From Octopus vulgaris (lineage: Eukaryota), in assembly GCA_951406725.2 (NCBI GenBank), contig OX597836.1, forward strand, positions 25,916,001 to 25,980,000: a stretch of DNA of 64,000 nt. The letters run 5' to 3'. Positions 1 through 14,936 of this stretch are shown here, one piece after another. Position 1 is the first letter of the stretch. The number at the start of each line of letters is the position of its first letter. The position numbers were made by a program, and so were the translations under genes. The notes under the pieces were generated by a model. The model made no database searches and had not been told where the DNA came from. It saw only the letters and a program-made list of their open reading frames with translations.

Positions 1-1150
1 TACATACACACACATACATACACACATACACGGACACACCCATACATACTTACATACATACACCTATACACACACGCCTACACACCTACACACACACATG
101 CATACACACACACATGTACGCACATACACACACATATACGCACACACATATATACCCACACACATGCACACACACACACATACGCACATACATGCACGCA
201 TGCACACGCGCACACCTACACGCATACACACACACACACGCACGTACACATACATACATACACACACGCATACATACACCCATGCACATACATGCATCCT
301 ACACACACACATACACACTCACACATACATACACACACACGCACTCACTCACACACCTGTATGTTCGCGCACACACATGCACATACACACACTTCCCCAC
401 ACCCACACGTACATACATACACACTCATACACATACACACACACACACACACACGGACATACATCTATGCACACACATATATACACACATACTCACATAC
501 ATTCATCGGACACACTGCCACCCAGACATACACACAGACACACTCACACATCCACACACACACATACGTACGCGCACACTCGCAGGCGCGCGCACACACG
601 CGCTTGCGCCGGTTCGCGCACGCATGCGCGCCGCATGCACCTCGCCCTTGGACCCGACGAGACCTCCCGCCCGTTCCTGGGATGTCGCTTGTCGTTGGGT
701 TTTCCCACGCCCGTCTCCGCGGGACCACTCTTCCATCTTCCCCTCCGCTGGAGTCCTTTTCCTAACCCCCCCTTTTTTTTCGTTACACACACGCGCACAC
801 ATATACACACATTGCTTAAACATATACATTACTCTTACACACATTCAATCTACTCGCCACTAATACTACCACGACACTGGACACACACACACACTACTAC
901 TCAACACACGCTGGCACGCTACATACGCCCCCACCCCTTCCCCTCCCTCCCTTCCTCCTTCCTCCCTTTTCTTACTACTGACCTTTGTCTGCTATGCTGC
1001 TGCTATGCTGACCACCGTCTCGCCCTACCTCACACGCCTACACACAGACGCACACACTAACACATACATATATTTTTTGTTTTTTTACCTCGCCTCACAC
1101 ACACACATACACACACGCACACGCACACACTCACACATACACACACATCT
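1..1150. repeat. Degenerate (CA)n/(TACA)n microsatellite tract with a noisy C-rich interior
   Basis: Direct reading; generates the spurious HT/VC-rich ORFs. Confidence 0.85.
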
Positions 1151-1229
1151 GTTGCGTTACCAACCTTGTCTCCACTCTTTTGCCTTTAAAAACCCACTTT
1201 GCTCTTGTTATCGTAAACATCCGCCTTTC

Positions 1230-1440
1230 ACCATGTGCTACTCCTAACACCAGTCGTTTTTTTCTCTATCTCCGTTGCCCGCTCCGGGATCTTTCTTTCC
1301 TCTCTCTTCCTTCTTTATGTTTCCGACGAAGAGCTCCGCTCGAAACGTCATACCTCCCTGCTTCCATTTCCTGAGCGCCTATTAATAATAATACTGTAAT
1401 TGTTCCATTGTTGTTGTTTTTTTGTTTCCCGTTTGGATTA
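1230..1440 (+). mobile_element. Penelope-like terminal-repeat fragment with hammerhead-like motif (1323-1349)
   Basis: CCGACGA-A-GAGC(TCC)GCTC-GAAAC-GTC in a T-rich context; same layout as 25214-25241. Confidence 0.5.
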
Positions 1441-1486
1441 AAATTATATATATATATATGTATATTTATTTATTTATCTCTACACC

Positions 1487-1604
1487 CTGAAGTGGGATAC
1501 CGGATCCATTCGATGTTTATATGCTTCCGTTACTAGTTGCATATTTTCGTGAACAACATCTGTCAACATTATGAAGTAAATCCGAACCCCTAGAAACAGC
1601 TGTC
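1487..1604 (+). ncRNA. Hammerhead-ribozyme-like motif, degenerate, long stem-II insert
   Basis: CTGAAGT at 1487 and GAAAC-AGCT-GTC at 1593-1604; shares 'tacaccctgaagtg' with the 47113 motif. Confidence 0.4.
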
Positions 1605-1686
1605 GAATTTGTAATATCATACCTTTTTCCCTTTAATGTTTGTGTCTTTTTATTCTGTGTAAGTTTGTTTTGATTATATATATAGT

Positions 1687-1930
1687 CTTTTATCCTCTTA
1701 TTCTTTTATTTGTTTCAGTCATTTGACTGCAGACATGCCGGAGCACCGACTTTAGTCGAACAAATCGACCCCACGACTAATTTTTTGTAAGCGCAGTATT
1801 TATTCAATCGTTCTGTTTTGCCGAATCACTAAGTGACAGGGACGTAAATGTACACCTACATCAGTTGTCAAGCGATGGTGGGGAGACAAACACAGACACA
1901 CAAATACATACATACATACAAGCACACACA

Positions 1931-2020
<90 letters not shown>

Positions 2021-2179
2021 GGGTCTCTTTCATTTTCCGTCTACCAAAGCCACTCACAAGGCTTTGGTAGACCAGTAGCTATAGTAGAAAACACTTGCTG
2101 AAGGCGCTCCGCAGTGGGACTGACCCGGGAACATGTAGTTGGGAAGTAACCTTCTTACCACATAGCCACTCCTGCGCCT
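1687..2179 (-). mobile_element. tRNA-derived SINE family A, full length, expanded internal (CA)n(TA)n
   Basis: Reverse strand starts aggcgcaggagtggctatgtggtaag (A box), has a B-box-like motif and the tail cagtcaaatgactgaaacaaataaaag; matches copies at 14937, 21941, 51860. Confidence 0.9.
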
Positions 2180-2609
2180 ATCTATATATATTTATACATA
2201 ACTATTCATCGCTTGAAAATTTTCCTTCTCAGCCTTCTCTCTATACTTACATGCATATTATGTTTGTAGTAGTTATATATGTTTATTTGCATCATTATTT
2301 CTGTATATGTATACATGTATATATACACAAACTCACACAAGCACACACAAACAAACATATATATATATATATATATATACATACACACAGCCACACCCAG
2401 ATACATATACATATTCATATTCGTATCTGAGTGTGTTTGTGTGTGCGCGTGTGTACGAGTGCGTGTGTATCAGCCTGTGTAAATGTATGCGAACTGGGTT
2501 ACGATTTACTCAACAGTATGAGGTGGATAAATAATTCATTTAATTAGAAAGTATGTTACTTTTCTGGCACCAATGCTTCTAGGTGACATAAATCAGTATT
2601 TATTAGGGT

Positions 2610-2680
2610 ACGTATACGTATATATATATGTATGTATATATATATATATATAAATATATCTGTGTGCGTCTGTGTACATG

Positions 2681-2729
<49 letters not shown>

Positions 2730-2766
2730 GTATATATACAAAGATATATATACATATATATAATTA

Positions 2767-2825
<59 letters not shown>

Positions 2826-2868
2826 GTATATATACAAAGATATATATACATATATATAATTATATATG

Positions 2869-2918
<50 letters not shown>
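2610..2918. repeat. (TA)n microsatellite with a ~96-bp higher-order duplication
   Basis: tacgtatatatacaaagatatatatacatatatataattata occurs twice. Confidence 0.85.
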
Positions 2919-2921
<3 letters not shown>

Positions 2922-2959
2922 TGGAAAAAAACTATCTTTTATCAATTCAAAATGAACAA

Positions 2960-3467
2960 TTAAATTACACCATCTAGAAAATTACATATAATAGAAATAT
3001 TAACATTAAAATAACAATAAAATGTAAAGATTAATTAAATTGCAAAATAATAATAATAATAATAACATATATAAATTGTAGAATAATCCACTCAACCAGA
3101 ATTTTGGAAACGACATCCTGTTGTACTTGGCATTCGCGCTGGAAGCTCCAATGCGAACATTTCAAAGTGTTTGAGTGCCAACGTGAGACCAACAGAACTT
3201 CTTGTAACACCTAAGACGGACACCTAAGCAAGGATTATGGCAGCATTCACCTACTTAAACAAAGAAATCATCCAGAAGAGTTGCAGGGGATGCCGAACTC
3301 GGCTGGAGGCCATGATTGAAGCCAATGGTGATTTTGTTAAATAAATTTACTCGTTAGCATTCAAGATATTTTTATGTAATTTTGGTAAATATATCTGCCA
3401 AAATGAGATGTCAGTGTTATTTTCACATGTTCGCAATTAGGCGACAATTTAATCATCATACGCTCTA
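2960..3467 (+). mobile_element. Internally deleted Tc1/mariner-superfamily (maT/DD37D-like) transposon relic
   Basis: 3230-3343 translates to ARIMAAFTYLNKEIIQKSCRGCRTRLEAMIEANGDFVK*, a typical Tc1/maT transposase C-terminus; ends are approximate. Confidence 0.65.
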
Positions 3468-3697
3468 TACATACATATATACATACATATATTAAAGAAT
3501 GGAGTTGAACGACGAATTAACAAAATTCCTTTATTTTCGAAGGAATGAGGAGTACATTATGCCGCTTTCTCATCAGGAAAAGCAAGGAACTTATGTCAAC
3601 ATCAAAATGCACCAAAAACTTTTAGATGATTGCTCACACAGAGCCCATAGCGATATATACATACATATATATTTCCCAATTTTTGTAGGTGTGTATA

Positions 3698-3752
<55 letters not shown>

Positions 3753-3928
3753 AAGCTTAGAGAAGAATAAGAAACGAAACCAAACCAAACGAATCGAATC
3801 GAATCGACGCGATGCCTGAATCTTTTTTGTGACGTTGGATCTTGAAGCAAATAAGTTATAAATGATAGCGTTTAAATATTAGGCTAGAAACCCATTGGAT
3901 AGAAATATTTGGATACACTTACACGGAC

Positions 3929-4054
<126 letters not shown>

Positions 4055-4490
4055 CGCACGTGTGTGTGTGTGAGTCCAGAGATCTGTGTGTAAGTCTGTG
4101 TTTTAAAATAGTAGAGCCACATTTATATTTACATTTGTTTCCAAATAGTTCCTCCATTATAGTTCGTTCACATACCCAATGCTGCCATTTATTACATCTT
4201 CATCTCTGCTGTTGTTTGTTTGCTATTTATTCCATTCCAATATAACTATCATAAAACTGTTAAATTCATCTCCGTTTACGTTTTCTTGTTTTTCCTCTAT
4301 TATTAGAGCTGGAGTTTTTATTGTTAATATATTTCGTTAATATTGCTTAAAAATACTTCCAGCTTTGCTTTAGGGTGTAAATGTTTCGAAAATTATCCAG
4401 ACTTGTTTTACGTCAGTTTTTATCTGTTATGCTGTTTATGTTACTAAAATAGACGTTATAAACACCAAAAACCAAAACACATACACACAC

Positions 4491-4537
<47 letters not shown>

Positions 4538-4750
4538 GAACGCACTCACACATGTACGTATACACACATGCCAACATATACGTGTGAAAAATAATTATCT
4601 TTAGATGAGATTTAACAGTATTACACTGATCTAAATTATTATTTTTCTACAAAATTTAGAATGATCTGTCTCGCTTGAATTCTGATTTCAAATAACCCAG
4701 AGATTAGCTATAGGAACTTTATCTCATTTGTTTAATTTATGCTCTGCTAT

Positions 4751-4833
<83 letters not shown>

Positions 4834-4844
4834 GTATATATATA

Positions 4845-5110
4845 TAGTCAAGTTTAGTTGACGACTATAATTTTGCAGCACGGATTTTCGTCAGTGAACC
4901 GGTCGCGGATTTTAGCGACGAAAATATTTTGACAAATTAAACTTAAAGTGAATCGAACAGCTTTTGTGTGTTTCTTAAATGGCTTACAAACACCTTCCAC
5001 GCTGCAATTGTTTTCGTTTCAGCACACGATCTCAGATTAAAATCACTTGTTATGCGAGTACATCTCTATAATTTTCCTTTACGGTATAAAGTTTCAAACA
5101 GCTGTTTTTA
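4845..5110. repeat. Unclassified interspersed-repeat-like segment between (TA)n and (CA)n tracts
   Basis: Complex CpG-containing block embedded in microsatellites; no ORF or TIR recognised. Confidence 0.3.
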
Positions 5111-5161
5111 TTAATTATACACACACAGACACACAGGCACACACACACACACACACACACA

Positions 5162-5197
<36 letters not shown>

Positions 5198-5236
5198 TGT
5201 ATATATATATGAATGTATATATGAATATATATATGA

Positions 5237-5297
<61 letters not shown>

Positions 5298-5509
5298 CAC
5301 TATCTGTTCTTAACCAATCTCCAAACTATATTGTATTATATAGTATGTCCTTAACGAAGCGGAATTCACTTTACGAACTTACTCGTACCTGACTTACTTC
5401 AGCTGATCATAAAACGCATGGGTTTCTACATTCTTAACAGATCTCTGCATAAACTATATCATATATGCTGTCTAATCTTAACCATCTACTTTCTATATTT
5501 CATGTTATA

Positions 5510-5906
5510 CTGGCAGTATCGCCCAGCGTTGCTCGGGTTTGTAAGGGAAATAACTATATAAGCATTTTTAGAGATGTAAAGTATAATAGCCATCTCAATA
5601 TGGCTAACCACAAAGGGGGGGGGGTGTTACTGTAGATTTTTACGTTCTGAGATTTAATAATAAATTTTTAGAGTTACTTCCCTTATATATGCCAAAAATG
5701 CATTAAAAATGGGAAAAATTGATGGTAATTTTTTTTTTAAATCGTAGACTCATCGTAGACGCGCGCTAATACCCAGAAGGGCTCGATATGAATCACGACT
5801 ATAAGATACCCGGTTTTGGTTAAACTGCACCGCAAAATGTGGGAGTAGTTAGGAATCTAAATCGTAGGAGACAGACAGCACACAACCTCACTTTTATATA
5901 TAAAGA
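5510..5906 (-). mobile_element. Non-autonomous Helitron
   Basis: Reverse strand begins TCTTTATATATAAAAG and ends cccgagcaacgctgggcgatactgCCAG (3' hairpin, degenerate CTAG); sits between A and T with no TSD; second copy at 51084-51589. Confidence 0.85.
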
Positions 5907-6659
5907 TACCACTAACCAATCGCTAAACCATTCAATGCATACTATATGTTCCTAAACAACCTATGAACTATACTATTTATATTGTATGGCCCTCACCAAA
6001 CGGAATTCACTTTACGTACTACTCGTACCAGACTTACTTTAGTTGAATAATCAAACTAATGGAACACTCGACAGCATCAATGTAATTTTCTGCCATTGCT
6101 CTTCCCTAAAATAACTTCCAGACTCCACTCCTGTTTAGCGAACTTTTCTCGTAAATTCAATCAAGAAGATATCAGCGTCTGTGTTTTCGAGTTTGTTTGT
6201 TTTTCTTTTTATCAAATCGAAATAATTTTGTGAAGTTTTCTTTTACCTCTTATCTTTCTTTATTTTGTCGTATTTTGTATAACACGTATATATATTTTGT
6301 TTTTATTTCATTTATATCATTTATATGTTTATATTGTATTTGCTTGTTTTATTAAATTCCCAGACACGGAGATGCATTAAGAATATCAATGTGTGCACAG
6401 AGTGCGTTTTGTACGTGTGTGTGTGTCTGTGCTTGTGTGCATAAGCCCATGCACACACGTAGACACACACACACATGTATATACATATGTGCACAGCTAA
6501 GTAATTATGTATATATATACTGTAGGCAACTGTGTGTTTTTTTTATGTCTCTGTCTAAAGTGCATTTAAAATAAAAAGCTAAGCAATATTCTGATGCAAA
6601 ATTGATCGAACCAAACAAGGTTAAGAACCGTTAAGAAGAAACCAGCTTCAAGTCTGTCT

Positions 6660-6702
6660 ACTACAGCATCAACAACAACAACTACTACTATTACTGCTGC
6701 TG

Positions 6703-6738
<36 letters not shown>

Positions 6739-6808
6739 TTACTGCTGCTGCTACTACTACTACTACTACTTTTAGTACTACTACTACTACTATTACTAAT
6801 ACTACTTT

Positions 6809-6852
<44 letters not shown>

Positions 6853-6889
6853 TTACTACTACTACTGCTATTACTACTACTACTACTTT

Positions 6890-6953
<64 letters not shown>

Positions 6954-7005
6954 ACAGCTTCTGTTGTTGCTACGGCTGCTTCTGTTGCTATCGTCACCAC
7001 CGCCA
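6660..7005. repeat. (CTA)n/(CTG)n trinucleotide repeat
   Basis: Direct reading. Confidence 0.95.
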
Positions 7006-7509
7006 TTAGTGTTGGTAAACGCTTCTCACATTTGGTCCGAGTTCACAAATCTGTATTGACCTCTTAATCGATCATAGGTGTTTGATTTTTCCTTCTATCG
7101 ACCCAAGAGCGATAGTAAGAAAAAAACAACAATTCTGGTGAGATTCGAACTCGGAACGAATTATTACCCACAAGTAATTACCTGTGATTGAGTCAGTAGA
7201 ATAAAACAGCAGAGCTCAAGGCCAGATCTTGTTTTCAAGGGCTGTTAGACTAGCGGTGAGAAGGAAGGGTGTTATTCACAACCAGACCAAAACTACTGGT
7301 TCTAAATGCATTCAACAAAATGGGTTTCCCTAAACTGATTCAGAGACCACGTGATGATATTTTTTAAGTGAATTGTTTATTAATGCTTATCATATATACA
7401 TAATCGAAACGAGCAAGAGGATATCAAGAAGTAATGCAGTATGACCGTTTCAAGAGCGTCTCCATTTAATTGAACAATATCAATTTAAATGCAGGGCTAT
7501 CATCAGTTG

Positions 7510-7637
<128 letters not shown>

Positions 7638-7692
7638 TAATGACTTTGAAAGTCCCTCCTAGCGTGTGGCATTTATGTGTAATAATGCCCTC

Positions 7693-7762
<70 letters not shown>

Positions 7763-7979
7763 TTTTACAGGAAGAAAGGGAATGAAAAAACATAAAAGGT
7801 ATAAATGATCAAATTATTGGGAGGAAAAAAAACAAACCCAAATCACGAAAGAAATAAACGAAAAGTGAAAATAGAGTTCATAATATGAATAATGGATTAA
7901 GTCTATTTGCTGTCAAGAACTAAATTCCTTGGAGCATTTATTTAAATTCATTTACATTCTAATTTCAAATCACATCTCA

Positions 7980-8052
<73 letters not shown>

Positions 8053-8071
8053 AGTATGTATGTATATATTG

Positions 8072-9405
8072 TTCTTTTCTACGCAAGGCACAAGGCCTGA
8101 AATTTTAGAGGAGCGGACCAGTCGATTAGATCGACCGAACCCAGTACGCAACCGGTACTTAATTTATCGACCCCGAAAGAAAGAAAGAAAGAAAGAAAGA
8201 AAGGCAAATTCCGCCTTGGCGGAATTTGAACTCAGCACGTAAAGGCAGAAGAAATACCTATTTCTTTACTACCCATAAGGAGCTAAACACAGAGGGGACA
8301 AACAAGGACAGACAAACGGATTAAGTCGATTATATCAACCCCAGTGCGTAACTGGTACTTATCTAATCGACCCCGAAAGGAAGAAAGGCAAAGTCGACCT
8401 CGGCGGAACTTGAACTCAGAACGTAGCAGCAGAAGAAATACCTATTTCTTTACTACCCATAAGGAGCTAAACACAGAGGGGACAAACAAGGACAGACAAA
8501 CCGATTAAGTCGATTATATCAACCCCAGTGCGTAACTGGTACTTATCTAATCGACCCCGAAAGGAAGAAAGGCAAAGTCGACCTCGGCGGAATTTGAACT
8601 CAGAACGTAGCAGCAGAAGAAATACCTATTTCTTTACTACCCACAAGGAGCTAAACACAGAGGGGACAAACAAGGACAGACAAACGGATTAAGTCGATTA
8701 TATCACCCCAGTGCGTAACTGGTACTTATCTAATCGACCCCGAAAGGAAGAAAGGCAAAGTCGACCTCGGCGGAACTTGAACTCAGAACGTAGCAGCAGA
8801 AGAAATACCTATTTCTTTACTACCCATAAGGAGCTAAACACAGAGGGGACAAACAAGGACAGACAAACGGATTAAGTCGATTATATCAACCCCAGTGCGT
8901 AACTGGTACTTATCTAATCGACCCCGAAAGGAAGAAAGGCAAAGTCGACCTCGGCAGAACTTGAACTCAGAACGTAGCAGCAGAAGAAATACCTATTTCT
9001 TTACTACCCATAAGGAGCTAAACACAGAGGGGGCAAACAGGGACAGACAAACGGATTAAGTCGATTATATCAACCCCGGTGCGTAACTGGTACTTATCTA
9101 ATCGACCCCGAAAGGAAGAAAGGCAAAGTCGACCTCGGCGGAACTTGAACTCAGAACGTAGCAGCAGAAGAAATACCTATTTCTTTACTACCCATAAGGA
9201 GCTAAACACACAGGGGACAAACAAGGACAGACAAACGGATTAAGTTGATTATATCGACCCCAGTGCGTAACTGGTACTTATTTAATCAACCCCGAAAGGA
9301 TGAAAGGCAAAGTTGACCTCGGCGGAATTTGAACTCAGAACATAGCGGCAGACGAAATACCGCTAAGCATTTCGCCCGGCGTGCTAACGTGTCTGCCAGC
9401 TTGCC
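8072..9405 (-). mobile_element. tRNA-derived SINE family B containing six tandem ~184-bp internal units
   Basis: gaaatacctatttctttactaccc starts at 8251, 8435, 8619, 8802, 8986, 9170; tRNA-like head at 9354-9405, tail at 8072-8250. Confidence 0.92.
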
Positions 9406-9519
9406 ATATGTACTTTTTATTCGTGAATTGTGGATGAATGGCAAGAGTAGCAGTCAACCTCCTTCATCCCCAGTACTCTTGTTCATTCTCTATCTCTTTT
9501 TCTCGTTCTTTTAGGTCTT

Positions 9520-9942
9520 ATCTTTGACCTGTTTCAGGCTTTAGACTGCGGCCATGCTGGGACACCACCTTCAAATATTTAGTAAGACGAATCGACCCCA
9601 GGGCTTCGTTTTTAAGCCTGTGTATGTATATATGTGTGTGTGTACACGACGGACTCCTTTCAGTTTCCGTTTATCAAATCCATTCACAATGCCCTGGTCT
9701 ATCCGACGATATAGCAGAAGGATTTTGCCCTATGCCCCACGCTGTAGGACTGAACATGGAGAAATGTGGTTGATATCACTGGTTTCTTTCGGTGTCCGCC
9801 TACGAAATCCATTCGCAAAGCTTTGGCCGGCCCAAAACTATAGCAGAAGACATTTGCCCAATGTGCTTCGAAGGAGCACAGACTGAACCCGGAACCACGT
9901 TGCTAGAAGGAAACGTCTTATCACAAGGCCACGCATGCGCTT
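9520..9942 (-). mobile_element. SINE family A, diverged, with internal duplication of ~125 bp
   Basis: Tail gactgcggccatgctgg; the block 'tccgt..aaatccattc..tatagcagaag..tttgccc..gactgaac' appears twice. Confidence 0.75.
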
Positions 9943-10419
9943 GGTGTAACGTCTCCTAGTTATTTATTATTTCTGTATTTAATGCCGTTATTTACTCTAG
10001 CTTCTTTTGTATTTGAAGGAAAATATCCGACTAAAGAATAAACATCATTGTATTATATGGATGATTAGGCTTTCGTGCTGGTAGCGGTCGGCAGAGCTGG
10101 TTGTATGCCTTGGCGTATTATCTCAAGTTCAGTTGGGAGAAAATAGACCAGGTTTCCGTCGCCATGTACATGTTTCGTTACATTTTTACTTTATCAAGCA
10201 TGCAAACAGAAAAAAAAATTCACGCAAACATCGCAAATAATTTCATCTATATGTTTATTGATCAATTTATCGATCTGCCTATATTTATAGCAATATCTAT
10301 CTATGTGAATACATGTTTCTCAATTTGAATAATACTTTTGTTTGTATGTCTTTGCCTTCCTTAAGAATTTATTTCTCTCTCTCTCCTCCCTCTCTCTCCT
10401 TCACTCTCTCTCTCCTTCA

Positions 10420-10450
<31 letters not shown>

Positions 10451-10599
10451 GCTCTCTCTATCCCTGGATATGTCTTGCAGCTCATCCTTTACCTATACAG
10501 ATTTCTCTACATAAACACATATGCATGCATACCCTGCACTGTGAGCGTATGTGTATACACAAACAAGCACTCACACACATGTACATATGTTCTGTGTAT

Positions 10600-12850
<2,251 letters not shown>

Positions 12851-13191
12851 TGAACCTCTCAACAATAGAAAAAAGAACAGTGTCTTAGCCTGGAAACAAG
12901 TAAATACGCACTATATCAACAGAGATATAACATGTATGCACGCACACACACACACACACACACAGTCATTCCTAATCGATAATTAATTATACTGAACTAT
13001 TTTAATCAATAATTACTGAAGTTAAAGAAACGGCCAATGAAGTGGAATTACTGAATCCGGGAGAAAAAAGAAAAAAACACTAAACTCATCGAATAATTAC
13101 TTCGGTGACTAAGTATCTATTCGAATGACAATAAAATGTGGCGCTAAAAGGAGGCTGAAGAGGTGTTGGTGTGCCAACCACTCTCACTTAC

Positions 13192-13214
13192 AGACGGAGT
13201 GTAACAACAATCCG
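13192..13214 (-). CDS. Candidate 23-nt microexon of an unknown gene
   Basis: Reverse strand ctctattttacag|CGGATTGTTGTTACACTCCGTCT|gtaagt in non-repetitive DNA; no stop in any frame. Splice signals only. Confidence 0.25.
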
Positions 13215-13285
13215 CTGTAAAATAGAGTTGACATTTGAGTAACGTTTCCTGAGTTCGTTAATTTGTTTATTATAATATTATTATT

Positions 13286-13617
13286 AAGGTGGCGAGCTGG
13301 CAGAAACGTTAGCACGCCGGGCGAAATGCCTAGCGGTATTTCGTCTACCGCTACTTTCTGAGTTCAAATTTCGCCGAGGTCGACTTTGCCTTTCATCCTT
13401 TCGGGGTCGATTAAATAGGTACCAGTTACGCCCTGGGGTCGATATAATCGACTTAATCCATTTGTCTGTCCTTGTTTGTCCTCTCTGTGTTTAGCCCCTT
13501 GTGGGTAATAAAGAAATAGGTATTTCACCCATCGCTATGTTCTGAGTTCAAATTCTGCCGAGCGTGACTTTGCCTTTTATCCTTTCGGGGCTGATAAATT
13601 AAGTACCTGTTACGCAC
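13286..13617 (+). mobile_element. SINE family B, about 1.5 units
   Basis: A box tggcagaaacgtta, B box gagttcaaatt, body gcctttcatcctttcggggtcgat, junction gaaataggtatttc, then a second partial unit. Confidence 0.92.
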
Positions 13618-13634
13618 AGCTAGGAAAAAAGTAT

Positions 13635-13775
13635 TTATGATCCACTGAGTACTTCTTTGGCTGTCTGGTTGAATGCTTTATCGAGGTTTTTCCGTTTCCT
13701 TTCAATGCCAATATCTTCTGGAATCGACTCAAGCAAAGCAAATTTATTCTTTAGCTCTATAACGAACTTACTTTT
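13635..13775 (-). mobile_element. RTE-like LINE ORF2 linker fragment
   Basis: FVIELKNKFALLES...KAFNQTAKEVL resembles the F.LEL.NRF..L...A.EVLG linker of RTE LINEs. Confidence 0.55.
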
Positions 13776-13782
13776 GATATGC

Positions 13783-13982
13783 TGATACGCGTCTGGGAGG
13801 AATTCTCTTATCGTATTGATGTTGCCCATGCCGCAGGTGATGGCCACATTGAACACTTATAAGACAGGAAATAAAAGTTGATTGTGAGTAAATACTCGTG
13901 ACCTAGCTGGAGTTTTCTATTGCTTTTCCTTATGAAAATATTGCGTAATGAAATCGGTTCATTCTTTTTGAATAACCCTGTA
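13783..13982 (+). mobile_element. Tc1/mariner-superfamily 3' end
   Basis: IRVWEEFSYRIDVAHAAGDGHIEHL* followed by a TIR-like end gaataaccctg|TA. Confidence 0.7.
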
Positions 13983-14127
13983 TATCAGTTTCCACCGACG
14001 AAAATCCACTCACAAGGTTTTAGTCGGCCCGAGGTAATCGTAAAAGATATTTGTGCAAGGTTCCACGCAGTGAACCGGGAACCAAATAGAGCAAAAGTAA
14101 CAGCGTGTAAATATTATGTTAAAAAAA

Positions 14128-14205
14128 CAGCCAACTGTTATGCCTGGAACTTGAACCCACATCTGCCGTAAAGATGACAGTCGTTCTACCACTAGACCAA
14201 AACAA
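14128..14205 (-). pseudogene. tRNA-like relic or SINE head
   Basis: Reverse strand A box tggtctagtggta and B box ggttcaagttcc at tRNA spacing; cloverleaf imperfect. Confidence 0.45.
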
Positions 14206-14539
14206 AACTCTGAATTTCTTCCATTTTGGGATCTGTTTTCTTACCAGCGAGAACTGCATGTTGCTGACGCCTGCTTCAAGATTCAGGAATATAATTTTTC
14301 ATACAACTAAGTGGGAACAGCTTATTAACCTTGACCGCTACGTGGTCACTCAACCTGCTAGAAATAATAGCGGAATCTGTTTTGAATCAACAGACCTTAC
14401 GTTTTAGTAAAAAAAGAAATAAAAAAACATCAGACGTTGGATAAATTGATCTAAGGTTCAATTGTGACTAGGAATGACGGGTGAAGGTCACGGTCTGAAC
14501 GTCTTTACTTCTGTGTCTACGAGATGGAAGCTAACTAAC

Positions 14540-14603
14540 AGCACTACCACACGAACAACACCAACAGTAACAACCACAAAAACACCGACTGCTGCTACTA
14601 CTA

Positions 14604-14634
<31 letters not shown>

Positions 14635-14650
14635 CGCTGCTGCTACTGCT

Positions 14651-14692
<42 letters not shown>

Positions 14693-14930
14693 GATGATGA
14701 TGATGATGATGATGCTACTACTACAGCAATAAAAATAGCAACTGCAAGAACAACCACAACCTCAAGAAATCTGCAACAACAACAACTACTGCTGCTGCTG
14801 CTGTAACTGAAGCGTATGATGTGACTGCAGTAGCTGTGACTGCTGTGACTGTTGTGCCTGTGTATGCTGTGACTGGTGTTGCAATTTCAACACGACTAAC
14901 AACAGCAACGACAACTGCATCTACAATAAA
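14540..14930. repeat. Mixed CTG/GAT/CAA triplet repeats
   Basis: Direct reading. Confidence 0.9.
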
Positions 14931-14936
14931 AACATT

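Noticed and set aside
98-1060. 320-aa His/Thr-rich ORF and the many similar YI, HT, VC, LSIY, poly-N/Y/I ORFs
   Set aside because: They are translations of microsatellites lacking stop codons; no domain or splice support.
580-1080. GC-rich, A-depleted stretch resembling a CpG island
   Set aside because: Embedded in an unusually noisy CA tract at the window edge; more likely low-quality consensus or a garbled SINE. Needs raw reads.
3520-3580. Further hammerhead-like fragments (also near 11580-11620, 48025-48062, 52345-52393, 58020-58060)
   Set aside because: Partial cores or unpaired stems; not distinguishable from chance without a family consensus.
8251-9353. CRISPR-like array
   Set aside because: No unique spacers; whole 184-bp units repeat, they derive from a SINE, and no cas genes are present.
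14128-14205. Functional tRNA gene (also 47675-47748 and SINE heads)
   Set aside because: A and B boxes are present but the stems do not close into a full cloverleaf.
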